DNA of 63,973 nt, filler included, from Barthelona sp. PAP020 (Eukaryota), in NCBI GenBank assembly GCA_040182905.1. It is 3 parts of 3 records of this genome, joined end to end, with 100 filler letters (N's around TTAATTAATTAA, not from the genome) between each part and the next. Parts side by side here need not be neighbours in the genome. Positions count along the whole stretch, not along the records: positions 1 to 21,999 come from JARQWU010000179.1; 2 more parts are not named here. One strand, written 5' to 3'. Shown in pieces: positions 12,301 to 21,377 of the stretch. The translations under genes were made by a program, and so were the position numbers. The notes beneath the pieces are model-generated. The model did not search any database, was not told where the DNA came from, and saw nothing but the letters and a program-made list of their open reading frames with translations. Numbering within the stretch: the stretch's first letter is position 1; every line of letters begins with the position of its first letter.

Positions 12301-15300
12301 TGATTATTAATGAAGGAGAATTCGTTAAAATTCTTGTGAAAACGTTGGAATTCCAGGAAATGTTAGCAAAACAACATGAACTCGCTGGATATGCATTGTC
12401 AACATTATCAACCTCAATGTTGAATACAATCGCTAATCTGATTCAAACTCTGTTGATCGATAAAGAAAAACGTTTTGATAAGTATGACCCAAATCATTTA
12501 TGTCTGTGGTTATTTGTTTTCATTGTTTCTTTAAGTACAAATACTACTGAACAGTCTTTAATTCAGTTTTTGCATTTGTTAGACCAATATTTATATCAAA
12601 ATTTCAAAAACTTTCGTAAATCATTCGGTGATTCGTTATATTCTCTGAATACAACAAGACCAGTTTCCTTCAAAAGTGAATTCATTGAATTGGATAGTCT
12701 ATTATTGCTAAGTTTAGATTTATGCTCTCCAAAACTATCAAGACCAACCCCCTTATTATTGGGCTTCCAAGAACCAATCTCCTTATGTCGACATGCTGAA
12801 TTATTGTGCACTATTGACCTACAATTAATTGTTAACTCATTGACCCTTCATCAATTGACCTCTCAAGACGATATCATCAAACAGCTGTGTTATGCCTATC
12901 CTAGTGTATTGAAGGGACAGCATGGTTTTGAAAGCAGAAAGATAGTTAATATTTTAGTTGTAAGAAATTATCAATTTATCACGGATGATATTTTAACCTT
13001 GTTTTGTCGAATAGTAAGACATGGTCGTGTTTTTGATAGTCATATGAATGAATTTGTTTTTCCTAAGTTGCATATCATCTTTATGGGACATTTGGATGCT
13101 TCTCCATCACATCCTTGGTCTTCTACCTTCACTACATTGACAGTATCACCGATTGAGTTCAGCTTAATTACAAAGAAACAGACTATTGGAAATTGCAATC
13201 AACAGTTGTCATTGCATCTTCAAAGATGGAGTATTGGCAGGATCGAAGATGTAAGCTCTCTTGTCATTAACGCTTTGAGGTTCTTCATTGAATCAGTAAA
13301 GTTGAATATAGTACAAACTTCCAGTACTCCTTTTGAACACTTTCAATTTGATATATTGAGTCCTTTATTGGAAGGTATTGGTACTATGGATTTAAATCCC
13401 AAGAATACAATGGTGTCTGGTTTAGCTACGGCATTATTCCTTGGTAAACTTCTTTCTGAGCCCAGAACAAGTTCTGTTTCCACTCTACGTACATTTAATG
13501 AATCTCTGTCCAAAATTATTGCCAGTTTCCCACCATATGCTCGAGAAGCGTTGCAGGTTGACCCAGTTGATGTTTTATTAGCGCCTATCGAAGTGATACA
13601 AATGCTGGAGGCAGAAAGTCGTTTTGGTAAACCCATTCACGATAGTACAATAGGCATTGGAAACTTTGTGTTGATAACTCAGTTTAATGCTTTTAGAAGG
13701 AGAATTTTCAGACATTTTGTTAACACTCGTGGTTTACAATTTGCCACTCCAGATAACATTGCCTTTTTATGCTATTTAATGTTCATCCTTTCTGTGCCTT
13801 ATAGTCATATGGTTCTATCCTGTCCTGTTCAAGATAGTGTGTTTCCATATGTCACTGCTGCAAAAAGAATCTTAAAGGAATCAAACTCTTTTGATCGAAC
13901 GATCATCAATACCACTGAAAGAGATTCGAAGAACTTTGTGCCTGCTTTAAATCGTGTATTCAACATGGTTTTAGTTGAAAATAAGAAGGTTCTGTTGCAT
14001 GTGAAAGCTAGACATTTGGAGGTTAATCATCACAACTCTTGTATTCCATATTTAATGGAACTAATTGATTTGGTGCAATTCAGTGAGGATAAAATTGAAT
14101 TTGTAGTGAATTCTTATCATTTGCTACTCCAACCTTTGATTGATGAATTATTAGATGAATATCCACATATATTAGATGATGCTTTAAAGAATTTGGAAGT
14201 TTCAAAACCTTCAATTGATGAAAACACAAGGAAAATAAAATTCCTTGATTCAAGACCTTCCAGCAGTAATGGAAGGCGAGCATTTAGTGGAAGTCGAAGA
14301 AATCGTCTCAAAAATATTGTAAAAGACCATCGTACAATGTTAAAAAGCGAAAATCAAGATGAAAATAGTCCTTTGAAGCAAATACAAAATCAACAAGTTA
14401 ATAATATTTTACAAACCTTTGTGTTGAATAAGATTCGTAAAAATTTACAAATTTGCTTCAGTGTTGCTCCTGATTTCTTATCAAATCCTATCAAATATAC
14501 CAGTATTTCTGAATTGCTCATTTATTGTCATTGTTTTAGAGTTCCTTCTAATTCTTTGGAAAATACTGTTGTGGCTGTATCAGACACATTGTTAAAGATA
14601 GAAGCAGATGTAGTTGAATGTTTACAAGATGAAAAATTGAGAAAAAGATGTAACATTCCATTGTTTGATTTGAGTTTAGAACAGTTCAATAGTTTGATGA
14701 CTCCTTTAGATCGAGATAACATTTGTTATCATCTGGCAATAACATTTCAAGTTGCGATAACTGCTGAAAAACAAAGTTTGAGTCGAGATTTGCAAGAATT
14801 AAATTCTTTTGAGACTTCAATATTGGCAGAAACTCAAAACCATTCAAATTGGGTAATATTCAATGAGAAACTTTTAAAAAAGTATGTTGAAACTTTCTTT
14901 TCAATGTTAATATGTATCTGTATTGATCAAGAGAAGAATTTTCAACACTTAGCAAAGGCTGTTGAATTTGCTGAATGGGCACAATCTGATGAATTGACAA
15001 AAAGAAGTAATATTCAAAAGTTTTTATCAGAATATCAAAATTTGAAAGACAATATCAATGAATTAGTACAACAATTAGGGTTTAATAAGTTAAGAGAAGC
15101 TGAATTAGCAGAACAAAGTATAGAAATCAAAAAAGAAGTTGATATAGCAAAAGTGGAAGTTATTGCTTTGGAAAAGAAATATGATGCAATTATAAACAAG
15201 GTAAGTCCTTTAAAAGAAAAGTTTTCAAAAGTTTTGTCCATTTTGTTATTTGAAATTTCTGAAGAACATATTCATGAATTAAAAATGATTCCAAGGCTTC

Positions 15301-18300
15301 AACCACCATTTTCCAATCTTTTTAAATGTTTGGATGCTTTATTTGCTAAAACATTCAGAAATGTGGAATTAAATAAATTGTTGTTGGAGATGAAAACGAG
15401 ATTAACTAATTATAAATTGATGCAGGCAAAATTGAATTCGATCAACATTAATTTATTTGACAATTCTTTTGTTCAGCAATTAAACTCTATATTCAGTGAG
15501 ATTGAAATTGAAAATTTACAAACAATGACAAGTAATCTATTCATCTTACAAATGTATGATTTCATTCAAACAATCATTGATTACAAATTAGCAATGATAC
15601 CTTTGACTGATATCAATAACCTGATTCAAGAGACTCAATTGAGATATGATCTGATTGTTAGCAGAATGAGTGAAACTGATAGAAATATTATTGAGTCAAA
15701 CAAGAAAACAGTTAGAATGATAGAGGATATCATCGCAATGGAAAAGCAAGCAAATGATTTAAAAATGACAATTGAACAAGAAACTAAGAAGACTGTTATA
15801 TTGGAACAATTGACAGGTTGGATCGATAATTACAGTATTGAATGGTATGAAAAGCTCAATAGTTTAAAGGATGATGGTGGAATTGTTCAAAATGATGGGT
15901 ATTTTGATGATGTAAATTTTGATATGCATAAAGGTGTTAATGGAGTACATGGTGTACGAGAAGTCAATATTAATGCTGATTCCATCATAAAAAGTGTTGG
16001 ATTACAAGTTGTTTGTGAATCTTATAGTTACACGAGTTTCCCTCTAGCGTTTGCTGCTGTATCTGCTTCATTTTCAACCATTTTAATTCAATTTGAAGAT
16101 AAATTCAGAAGAGTGATTTTACGTTCAATTGTTCGAGATTTGTTTGAAAGACAATTGTTACCCAAGGAATTAATTATTGATGAGGAAGCTCTATCTGCAG
16201 TTATAATGAACTTTTTATTAAAATATTCGAATTTTTGGGATAAATGTGTCTATAAACGAGTTGTTATTCCAAAAGCAAACTCTTTTGTTAATGGTTTGGC
16301 TAAGATATTCAGTTTAAACAGAGTTGTTAAAAAGGATGTTGATTCTAAAGGTGCTCACAGTATCGATTCTTTAGTATTGATAGAAGATATGGAAGATGAT
16401 GTTGGTTTCACAGATAATAATCTTTTGGATAGTTTATTCAATGATGATTTGGAAAGTGCTGATAATTTTGAGATGGATCGTGATGTGGATAATGACCAGT
16501 TATTAGATTACGAGTTGTCTAACGCTGAAAATAACGATTCAACAACTAACATCATTCATGAGCCTAATGAAACAAGTACCAATGATGTAATATTGGGTGA
16601 TTCCATTCCTAACAATCAGAACTTTGATGAAATAAGTCAGTTCAATGATTCTGCTAGTGTAGAAGAGTTTGAGAACCATGATTTAACTTTACATACTATC
16701 GATGTTGAGTCTAGTTCACATTATTTATCTGATGTGTCAGACAAACCTCAACAGGATGATTTTGAAGCACCAAAATCTCTTCTACAACCAGATAAACTTG
16801 ACACAATCAATGACTTTGAAAATGAAGTGAAAATTCAACACCCAATTTCAAACTCAAACTCAACGATTGAATCGAGTTTCAAGAATTTTGAGCATGAAAG
16901 AGAATCCTCTGATGATCTGTCATCAACTCATGAGTTGGCGTCGAATTCACCTGTGTATAATGAGATAATGATTGATGATTTTGAGAAAGAGAAGGATGAA
17001 GTTGAACAAGAGGAATTTGAGGAAGAGGAAGAAGAAAATGATGATGATGAACAAGAATGTAGGCAAGAAGAACAAGAACAAGAAGAAGAAGAAGAAGAAG
17101 AAGAAGAAGAGTATGAGCAAGAACAAGAATATGATAAGGAAGAAGTAAAAGAAGAACAAGAATATGAGCGGGAAAAAGTACAAGAAGAAGAACAAGATTA
17201 TGAACAAGACACAAATCTTGAGACAATAGAAATATCACATGATGTAAATCAAAACATCTCACATGATAGCTACCAAAATTCCCCTCCAGAAAACCTTATG
17301 ACAAGCGAGAATGAAGAAAAAACAAAAAAAAAAGAATTTGAGTTTAAACTTGTCAGTGATGAAATGAATGACACATCAAATGTGGCTTTTACTGAAGATG
17401 CTCTTGTTTTTTCTCATGAAGATTTGTCATCGGATAATCCTGAGCAATCGGAACACTTTCAACATTCAGAACATTCGGGAGTCGAACGAGATAACTTATA
17501 CGACGAAGAATTTTGTGATTTTGTTGATAAAAGTTACAACGAACATTCCACGGTGAATGAATTATTGGAATACATATATGAAGACCTTTGTCTATTGGAA
17601 GACAAAGAGTTTTCTGTGCCAAATCTTGGAAGTTTCACTTTTGCTGTTGATACCATTTCTAATGTGCTTTGGTTGCCTCTTGTGTCTGAATCTGTTGTAT
17701 TTGTTCATGATCCTTTTGGTTTAATTGATTCTGTGTTAGATATTTTGCATGAAAATGCTAAAACAACCTCAATTGGGGATAGTAACTTTCACGAGAAACT
17801 TTTGATCGTTCTGAAAGAAGGTGGTGTATTTTGTATTCCTGATCTTTCCTATGTATTGGGAATGCCAGATATTCTCTATGATGTTGTCAAGACTTTGCAG
17901 ACTGGAAAACGGATTCTTACCATCGATGGTGAAGTAATATCCTTTCACCCTAAGGCTCGGTTATACCTATGCTATGTGGAAACGCCTTTCATGATGCCGT
18001 ATAGGAATCTGTTGTTTTACAGAAGAAGCCCTTGGGTTAACCTGTCAATCAGCAGTGAAGAATTGAAAAAACTCCAGATGTTTTTGATGTTGGAGAAACT
18101 TGATCCCAGAATTGGTAAACAATTAATGGAAATTTTTGAGCTTTATATTTTCAGTTCAAGACAATTAGAAGTGCACAATTGGGATATCATCAAATTAGTT
18201 AGCACTTTGAAAACGGATGCTGATGATTTGGAAAACCGAGACATTTTGAAATACTTAGAACCTTTGAGTAAGAAAAAACAATTACTGAAGGATATTATAG

Positions 18301-20924
18301 AAATTATTGAGCAATTGCTAAATAATATCAAGCTTTTATTACAGCATTATTTCTCTTTACCAGCTCAATTCAACAGTTCAATTTCATTGGCCTTTCATAA
18401 TTACGTCAATCAATCTGGTTTATGGTCTGGAAACATTGATACCACTCAATTGGTACATCGTACCGTACATATGTGGAAACATCTCACACCAAATGATCAA
18501 CAACATTGGACTGCCATTGATTTGACTCAACCTAAATTACCTTCTTCATTCATGGCTGTTATGAACAATATCTTTGAAAGCACATTATCCAAATTGCCTG
18601 ATCAACATCATCGCTTAATCATCGCCTTATTCATGAGTGTTGAGTTGGGATACATCACTGGAAAGCAATTGGAGTTATTTGGTAAGGTATCTCATGAAGA
18701 TGTTGAATTAGATGATCTTTTGGAACATCTGTCTCAAAAAACCGTCGAAAATTTCCATCAAATGCTTCAATCAAAGAGTAATGAATTTGCTAATTGGTTA
18801 CAGGAAAGAGAGCCTGAAAAAGTACCTATTCCTATGAATATTGAAGAAGTGAATCAATTTGAAATTGCTTTGATTACTGCAGTCACTAGAAAAGATCGTA
18901 CTCCATATATTTTCAATCAATATGTAAGTAAAGTGTTAAAAATGCAAGCTTTATCGTTACACATTGATTCACAAGAGTTTGTTTTCAAATACAAAAAGGA
19001 AGCTTCAACATTATCTTCAGGAACTGATAATATGTTATCTAAGGTTCATATATTACCTTTGAGCTTATCTGATGAGGTTCCCACAAATGCAATGGTTATT
19101 TCAAGTGAAAATAAGCATCTGATCAAAGACATGTTAACTATTGAATGTTTCGCCATGTACAATGTTGATTTGGATCCTTTGATTGCTCTGGAATTGATCC
19201 ATCAAACTCAAAATTATCAAAAGATCTTTTTAGTTAGCAGTGCAAACAATATATTCGTTATACCGGAAGTAATTAGGAAAATAGGAACCTCATCTCATTC
19301 AAATACGCAATTATCATTCAGGACTTGGCCATTTGCCATATGTTTGGTAACAAAGTCTTTGCTATTTCAAACTTTTTCGTTCGTTGCATCTATTGTAGAC
19401 AATAATTTTCCTGCAAGAGAGATGTTGTCGATTACTTTGGCGCATACTGCGATGACTTTATTAGCAAATGTCTCTTCTATTCCTGAACCTTCTATGGGAC
19501 AATTATCCCATGCTATACATCGATTAATAGGTGATCTTGAGCATCATACACCTGTTGAATATATTGTTCGTTCAATTCCAGCAAAATGTTACAAAAATTC
19601 AACTTCGATTTGTGGTTATGAAAATCTCTATGCCACTGTAATAGAACAATTTTTTAATTATAAAACAGAAACGTTTTTAAACGTGAAAGATGGCTTACCA
19701 ATTCCTTCTGGCGATTTAACAATTGAACATTTAAGAGATTTTCTTTTGATCAATAATGATCGTTTAGATGCTTTGATTCAAACTATACAAGATACTTTTG
19801 GATTGAATGAAGCTTCATCCGATTTGTTACCTATCTTTTTGCATGATGTGGCAAGGATTTGTCGGTTTACTGATGATCAATCATTACAATTGGGTCATGA
19901 AAACTCCGCAGAAATGGCAAAATCTGCTAATTATTTCAAAAATGAAATAGAAACGCCAATATTCTTACATAAAAATGAAGACATTGTTCAAGATGTTACA
20001 ACTACTTCATCACTACTATGTTTTGAAAGTCAAACACAAGAATTGTTAAGACAACGAATGTTTATTGAATTGGATAGATTGGATAAGGTCAATAAAGGTG
20101 TTTATTCTCCCTTTATATTATCTTTTTACTATTTGACTCATCTATTTTCAATTGGTTGTGTTCCTTTCAGTTGGTTACGAGTTTTACATCCTTTTGAGTG
20201 GATATCTCAACCTGCTAATGGAAGAGGTGAAGCTTTGACAAAATACTTGAGCTCTGAAGCTCAAGCTCAATTAATGGAAACAATAGGCATGGCTACAGAT
20301 TGGATTAATGAATTAACTGGTCAAACAAAAGTTTCTGCAGTTCATAAACAATACAGAAATTCATTGATTCCTTTCAATAGTTTGATTCTGAAAGAATTTG
20401 CTCTATTTTGTGAATTCTTCAGTGTCGTTCAAAAGAACGATTTAATTATGCAAGATTGGATCATTCTATTTGTAAATGATGAAAAAGAAACTGATTTCTT
20501 GAATATTTTTGATGAAATTGAAACTTTGGAAGAGAGGTCTGTCATAGAAGAACCAACTTCCGTTATTGTACCAGATTTCCAATATCAGTCGAAAATTTTT
20601 AAGAAAACAACAAATTCAAGCAAAATTCAAAAGTATTACAAACTGCTTCAATTCTCTCAATGTGTTGCGTTTGGAATTTCGATAACAAATGACAAAATTC
20701 TTTATCAAACAGGGAATCATGTTAAATTTGAAGAATTGAATGTATACATAATTAATAAAATGGATCAAAAACATATTAAAAATCTATCTTTCCCAATAAA
20801 ATTGTACTCTGATGCAGTTAAAAACAATTCCAATCATTATCTTTTGTTTGGTTATGAATTGGGTGAATCTATCGTTTCAAACTATTTAGATTCAGTGTTC
20901 TTAAGTGATATAAGTAATATATAA
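3312..20924 (+). CDS. Highly divergent dynein heavy chain-like protein (5870 aa), probably ATPase-dead
   Basis: DHC tail-like ETFVETWVRKINGVI and QLESPHIKRIWTFL; stalk-like coiled coils at about 15000-15870; AAA5-like FVHDPFG...DSNFHEKLLIVLKEG...TIDGEVISFHPKARLYL...VNLSISSEEL; FEIALITAVTRKDR; no intact GxxxxGK[ST] seen. Confidence 0.75.
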   Translation: MNDIKETLQNILETFLSKKSINHILLNKDNIALLESVLITNTKKVIFIYEHQHKYHVSSFAPTTTSHYYYFLRVYNKSNEIQHLFGSSIQPCSSSVLNLTNNIISAVIPTISENYGNLPNELKVTRLDETKKFLLTSCSVKEANEMSDSFFAPYLELLESFPMSNRIQIVETFVETWVRKINGVIEPKIDLLGKKALIDLYNIVKQGKDLLFQLESPHIKRIWTFLDSQTTQNNHENNILANFHKSRKALQISVNELEKLDVEIQLICHYCDLIIQNEDFAKYELLAIKLFKSIAILRESAPSLDYGNVLARILEGNIQIILIAFIQVFKGYISLDCGTRFFFQNSAKIIGISRWITELFNRLRLTFLHFRKLSYDFDVTKILIIFGHFGDRIKDIEILAEICSDCLYLSKFVRVKSTFEGNILNSKIINVAESVQQVYFHEFLKNLNSYIIKDVNFCNCPAEERNLFKVNGMAFQEQFARFKHHVFILLKDIVVNYQKLFERNGNDLDKIICINFLFQFESAFILEIFHDFIIREGSKYLADFATDIKKATIAAENCTKLFQKNLFPFWNNFKSFGINESFKDIDIDFIPSNNYDIVKLNPFATSLFLVDGYYQKHTQKYQMLTNINFSYVIKKLRGHFQELLDVDSERTDEILKYEESLKLLNVLNKNLSEIIIDYKNYSNNVIETFNYIVNDLFQIIHKSERFVSTISHQNLGIKTLTGNELNEISFEVNLPFYLFHVIHDWKCCLRMISLKKDIFAIHMTKLNKVTEIVHQLSRVTFIARRFSILVNGYNNLTTNYSSGIISLISSHLFNANQELIKAVNSLTYISDNIQEFLAKTMNTLIEALERALDLQNILNYSKEFGKILKFNFFTRKYDPEEFVQILFDNSFTKIYLCKRLSKELFDMLLTIFNRLELSQGDPKWIEFVKYIRQSCIDSISVGLVDFLKIAYKHFLNEDTNSPFEIETIIRVIASSIVSYPEPSLESIVNGISIELGDINEKSKSKRSFLTRRIKEITSDDLCKVSSGVDSPFISKEISDGSISVRSMSLSEDTMSLTNRDRNHHHKKKKSLSSLESSQEISLQLKNIFSRQIIPRVIISNKGLPITRPYVCETMRITLLDVAFSFVQSFQMILHAINLPSPMAISKQRISHQVLATPRSNDTRESRVSQLESEYQVLDNVEKKKEEDDEMNEFGNTFAEDHIDLFAELFSQTSVSTSLTSVLKTLENANNTLIILLKNMTEDFSILFTRAGFDFFADIINHIRTQKIIQIKVKPLKRFQEKYLKTFGQINNIDDIFLKYSSRKIFFLNVLLESCSESLREIYFKSISLFFDSTIHYFTELVEEALKKIRNAKPHMNILNNPIIYTSTHLEQHFDSVLESIVEGYGMNDSIKALNTLEEILLEGINLSNRETWNEYHFKLISLHETFINEFVEAKQYCNNFMLDHAELIIPAAVELRKRQKKLYSEIKTCENNCYDSMPFLKPIEKIGNLTKVSFRNEELKIALIKVNKFLMNVENLSNQHMRLDSMANVLKKSTIPDKLTELHLILIKYRSIFELWIDFPKHYETMKNVSILDENLTEKLQIYIDIQNRLEKLEDIDLFYEKFPHLAVTAGQTRKISELILRINDMHLSSADFNRLRQFLQVKENIITVYDVFFWLIVNIHYFTDNFIALNNLLDLIDDEVNARIKLIDLENKWKLKHFVFAKHVFPLQKNCWIYNTVKEKFDIKQTEAINRQKIIEEHRRKRILFEQQQRLNKWKTEAILIEKKLHLAEIEKKELEKFAREKFRIKMVKIYGNSKDFHAVLIQRNYLLWKHLNLYQNDEIILQRRKTIRENLILMDNHITVQRFIKGFLFRNDLISNNSNSKTGKDTSISSYHVQSEFTATLTIPYVIGLSLLDLDNPDYSLIDVFNNFDIFDDEEGDWRKDAKVLQDIDEACSIIIQMKSLHVVEEEVDKLADEFKKLRCFVISFGRLAFLIEIFSCLFSSDKIQPLKGYEKEMQIIYSCIEKFTVLMNEISTFKCLLSVSDDQTKYKMVNETFEQLISASKPIIIGLFHDYCSKCSRICLLSLSKFVLAQFVTIRASIMHSLGRGLSSRKPVVHVIQSTLLQCFPDVSSFIFSHGNITHLVYSNFFAYEESAGGFGSMYGSTVSSGFFGGSSSSVTSSILSGTSHTSEKNLRSLCYEHVQLPQAIPITYDTIIELIEALYTAVHESVKVELTNSNQFIDSILEKPEASPFINFCLDHSMCISRLIFVNVLQRAFSSLDPLQCASFTFDVFRELGKKLSFVGSKNSIKRLKQLNYLLMPFLIENRIIDYLDSEYMGNVSKKDSESYFESSQKTTESQLSSLDMIAQQTHHHDDDGLMAFDDTIVEDYEESEYGDDAFERWFEDTVEDSSSSKFQKKFKKKVAFWPAFYQLSAGTAYPVFSKNSCISLMKPNHGRTSLPFNLGISYSVYELPPLSPMQHEIFMMCMSIYTQPALYPLFVGNNYEEKLLMARYFTQVFMLEHMFLNLLEIEARFIRYNRNDGQADSVYFRKEFKQFLMFCQQQNIFLIFMDIDSLPQWCLIILREIIRDVKPICLFVCKEVHPAIFGICQPIVIDIFKVNTEFSISASILSESMLLGFPDIGNTIEKLEYFLLKCINDVETIGIIKVMDHRVIERFCSAVFFILQKLSKDGASGLDSQILNISIGVILYQLLKFDCGFNTNIFIGEIDFPNLNLIFGRFLNDVVDDINMITHFKLPDYVDYINMMPILPKTLQDRYEDGIIQRQISNLFSCLHNYDQFVIVGKSLVVADLAWDLKQILPVYFEKEAKTHGHNALFLLFVVDLSLSKNAESVVTKLISQFASRVSKKIVDSLRDNDKTDIDVTIVLFFCRRITSFALIFQNRFIAEFKDSICRSVCDQINDISVKVTIRPLVFYLLDKNQIGNDILADVYIQASNEEKLNFNVDDVCSVRNNFDIQSLLSGSAVINWKSLTNFKGLPPEYSTSWMLIEVLKNLQYSKLIINEGEFVKILVKTLEFQEMLAKQHELAGYALSTLSTSMLNTIANLIQTLLIDKEKRFDKYDPNHLCLWLFVFIVSLSTNTTEQSLIQFLHLLDQYLYQNFKNFRKSFGDSLYSLNTTRPVSFKSEFIELDSLLLLSLDLCSPKLSRPTPLLLGFQEPISLCRHAELLCTIDLQLIVNSLTLHQLTSQDDIIKQLCYAYPSVLKGQHGFESRKIVNILVVRNYQFITDDILTLFCRIVRHGRVFDSHMNEFVFPKLHIIFMGHLDASPSHPWSSTFTTLTVSPIEFSLITKKQTIGNCNQQLSLHLQRWSIGRIEDVSSLVINALRFFIESVKLNIVQTSSTPFEHFQFDILSPLLEGIGTMDLNPKNTMVSGLATALFLGKLLSEPRTSSVSTLRTFNESLSKIIASFPPYAREALQVDPVDVLLAPIEVIQMLEAESRFGKPIHDSTIGIGNFVLITQFNAFRRRIFRHFVNTRGLQFATPDNIAFLCYLMFILSVPYSHMVLSCPVQDSVFPYVTAAKRILKESNSFDRTIINTTERDSKNFVPALNRVFNMVLVENKKVLLHVKARHLEVNHHNSCIPYLMELIDLVQFSEDKIEFVVNSYHLLLQPLIDELLDEYPHILDDALKNLEVSKPSIDENTRKIKFLDSRPSSSNGRRAFSGSRRNRLKNIVKDHRTMLKSENQDENSPLKQIQNQQVNNILQTFVLNKIRKNLQICFSVAPDFLSNPIKYTSISELLIYCHCFRVPSNSLENTVVAVSDTLLKIEADVVECLQDEKLRKRCNIPLFDLSLEQFNSLMTPLDRDNICYHLAITFQVAITAEKQSLSRDLQELNSFETSILAETQNHSNWVIFNEKLLKKYVETFFSMLICICIDQEKNFQHLAKAVEFAEWAQSDELTKRSNIQKFLSEYQNLKDNINELVQQLGFNKLREAELAEQSIEIKKEVDIAKVEVIALEKKYDAIINKVSPLKEKFSKVLSILLFEISEEHIHELKMIPRLQPPFSNLFKCLDALFAKTFRNVELNKLLLEMKTRLTNYKLMQAKLNSININLFDNSFVQQLNSIFSEIEIENLQTMTSNLFILQMYDFIQTIIDYKLAMIPLTDINNLIQETQLRYDLIVSRMSETDRNIIESNKKTVRMIEDIIAMEKQANDLKMTIEQETKKTVILEQLTGWIDNYSIEWYEKLNSLKDDGGIVQNDGYFDDVNFDMHKGVNGVHGVREVNINADSIIKSVGLQVVCESYSYTSFPLAFAAVSASFSTILIQFEDKFRRVILRSIVRDLFERQLLPKELIIDEEALSAVIMNFLLKYSNFWDKCVYKRVVIPKANSFVNGLAKIFSLNRVVKKDVDSKGAHSIDSLVLIEDMEDDVGFTDNNLLDSLFNDDLESADNFEMDRDVDNDQLLDYELSNAENNDSTTNIIHEPNETSTNDVILGDSIPNNQNFDEISQFNDSASVEEFENHDLTLHTIDVESSSHYLSDVSDKPQQDDFEAPKSLLQPDKLDTINDFENEVKIQHPISNSNSTIESSFKNFEHERESSDDLSSTHELASNSPVYNEIMIDDFEKEKDEVEQEEFEEEEEENDDDEQECRQEEQEQEEEEEEEEEEYEQEQEYDKEEVKEEQEYEREKVQEEEQDYEQDTNLETIEISHDVNQNISHDSYQNSPPENLMTSENEEKTKKKEFEFKLVSDEMNDTSNVAFTEDALVFSHEDLSSDNPEQSEHFQHSEHSGVERDNLYDEEFCDFVDKSYNEHSTVNELLEYIYEDLCLLEDKEFSVPNLGSFTFAVDTISNVLWLPLVSESVVFVHDPFGLIDSVLDILHENAKTTSIGDSNFHEKLLIVLKEGGVFCIPDLSYVLGMPDILYDVVKTLQTGKRILTIDGEVISFHPKARLYLCYVETPFMMPYRNLLFYRRSPWVNLSISSEELKKLQMFLMLEKLDPRIGKQLMEIFELYIFSSRQLEVHNWDIIKLVSTLKTDADDLENRDILKYLEPLSKKKQLLKDIIEIIEQLLNNIKLLLQHYFSLPAQFNSSISLAFHNYVNQSGLWSGNIDTTQLVHRTVHMWKHLTPNDQQHWTAIDLTQPKLPSSFMAVMNNIFESTLSKLPDQHHRLIIALFMSVELGYITGKQLELFGKVSHEDVELDDLLEHLSQKTVENFHQMLQSKSNEFANWLQEREPEKVPIPMNIEEVNQFEIALITAVTRKDRTPYIFNQYVSKVLKMQALSLHIDSQEFVFKYKKEASTLSSGTDNMLSKVHILPLSLSDEVPTNAMVISSENKHLIKDMLTIECFAMYNVDLDPLIALELIHQTQNYQKIFLVSSANNIFVIPEVIRKIGTSSHSNTQLSFRTWPFAICLVTKSLLFQTFSFVASIVDNNFPAREMLSITLAHTAMTLLANVSSIPEPSMGQLSHAIHRLIGDLEHHTPVEYIVRSIPAKCYKNSTSICGYENLYATVIEQFFNYKTETFLNVKDGLPIPSGDLTIEHLRDFLLINNDRLDALIQTIQDTFGLNEASSDLLPIFLHDVARICRFTDDQSLQLGHENSAEMAKSANYFKNEIETPIFLHKNEDIVQDVTTTSSLLCFESQTQELLRQRMFIELDRLDKVNKGVYSPFILSFYYLTHLFSIGCVPFSWLRVLHPFEWISQPANGRGEALTKYLSSEAQAQLMETIGMATDWINELTGQTKVSAVHKQYRNSLIPFNSLILKEFALFCEFFSVVQKNDLIMQDWIILFVNDEKETDFLNIFDEIETLEERSVIEEPTSVIVPDFQYQSKIFKKTTNSSKIQKYYKLLQFSQCVAFGISITNDKILYQTGNHVKFEELNVYIINKMDQKHIKNLSFPIKLYSDAVKNNSNHYLLFGYELGESIVSNYLDSVFLSDISNI
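16985..17210 (+). repeat. GAA-rich low-complexity tract encoding poly-Glu and EQEY repeats inside the DHC-like gene
   Basis: (GAA)n run near 17080-17110 and repeated GAACAAGAATATGA units. Confidence 0.85.
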
Positions 20925-21098
20925 AAACATTTTTATGTTGATTACAAATAAATGTAAATTTAAATAATGCTTTTTTTTTTGTTTGTTTCTTTCCTTATAT
21001 TTATAAAATTCTTCAAAATAATTTACTGTGAACGAAATCTGAAAGGAAAAAAGAATTTATTCAGTTTATCTTTTTTTATACATATTTATTTATTTAAA

Positions 21099-21377
21099 AT
21101 GTCAAATGCCGAAAAAAAACAAATTCCATTGTCAAAAAAAATATTATCAATGCATTTTATTGAAAAATTTGTAAATCAACATGCAAATGATCAAACACCA
21201 GGGCAAACATTGCTTCAACTTGAAAAATTAACAAAAATACAAAAAGTTAGACACATATCCAAAGATTTGGATGCTGCTGTTTTACGTAGTCATAGAAGTA
21301 TGAATGGTTTCAATCCTTCTCTTGAAAATCAATGGAAAATGTCAAAGAAAGTATATTTACGAAAAAACAAAAAGTGA
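21099..21377 (+). CDS. MPP6/MPHOSPH6-like exosome cofactor (92 aa)
   Basis: LSKKILSMHFIEK and HRSMNGFNPSLE match the two conserved MPP6 blocks (LSxxLLxMKFM; GRxSFxGFNPxxE); the upstream ORF extension is AT-rich intergenic sequence. Confidence 0.6.
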   Translation: MSNAEKKQIPLSKKILSMHFIEKFVNQHANDQTPGQTLLQLEKLTKIQKVRHISKDLDAAVLRSHRSMNGFNPSLENQWKMSKKVYLRKNKK

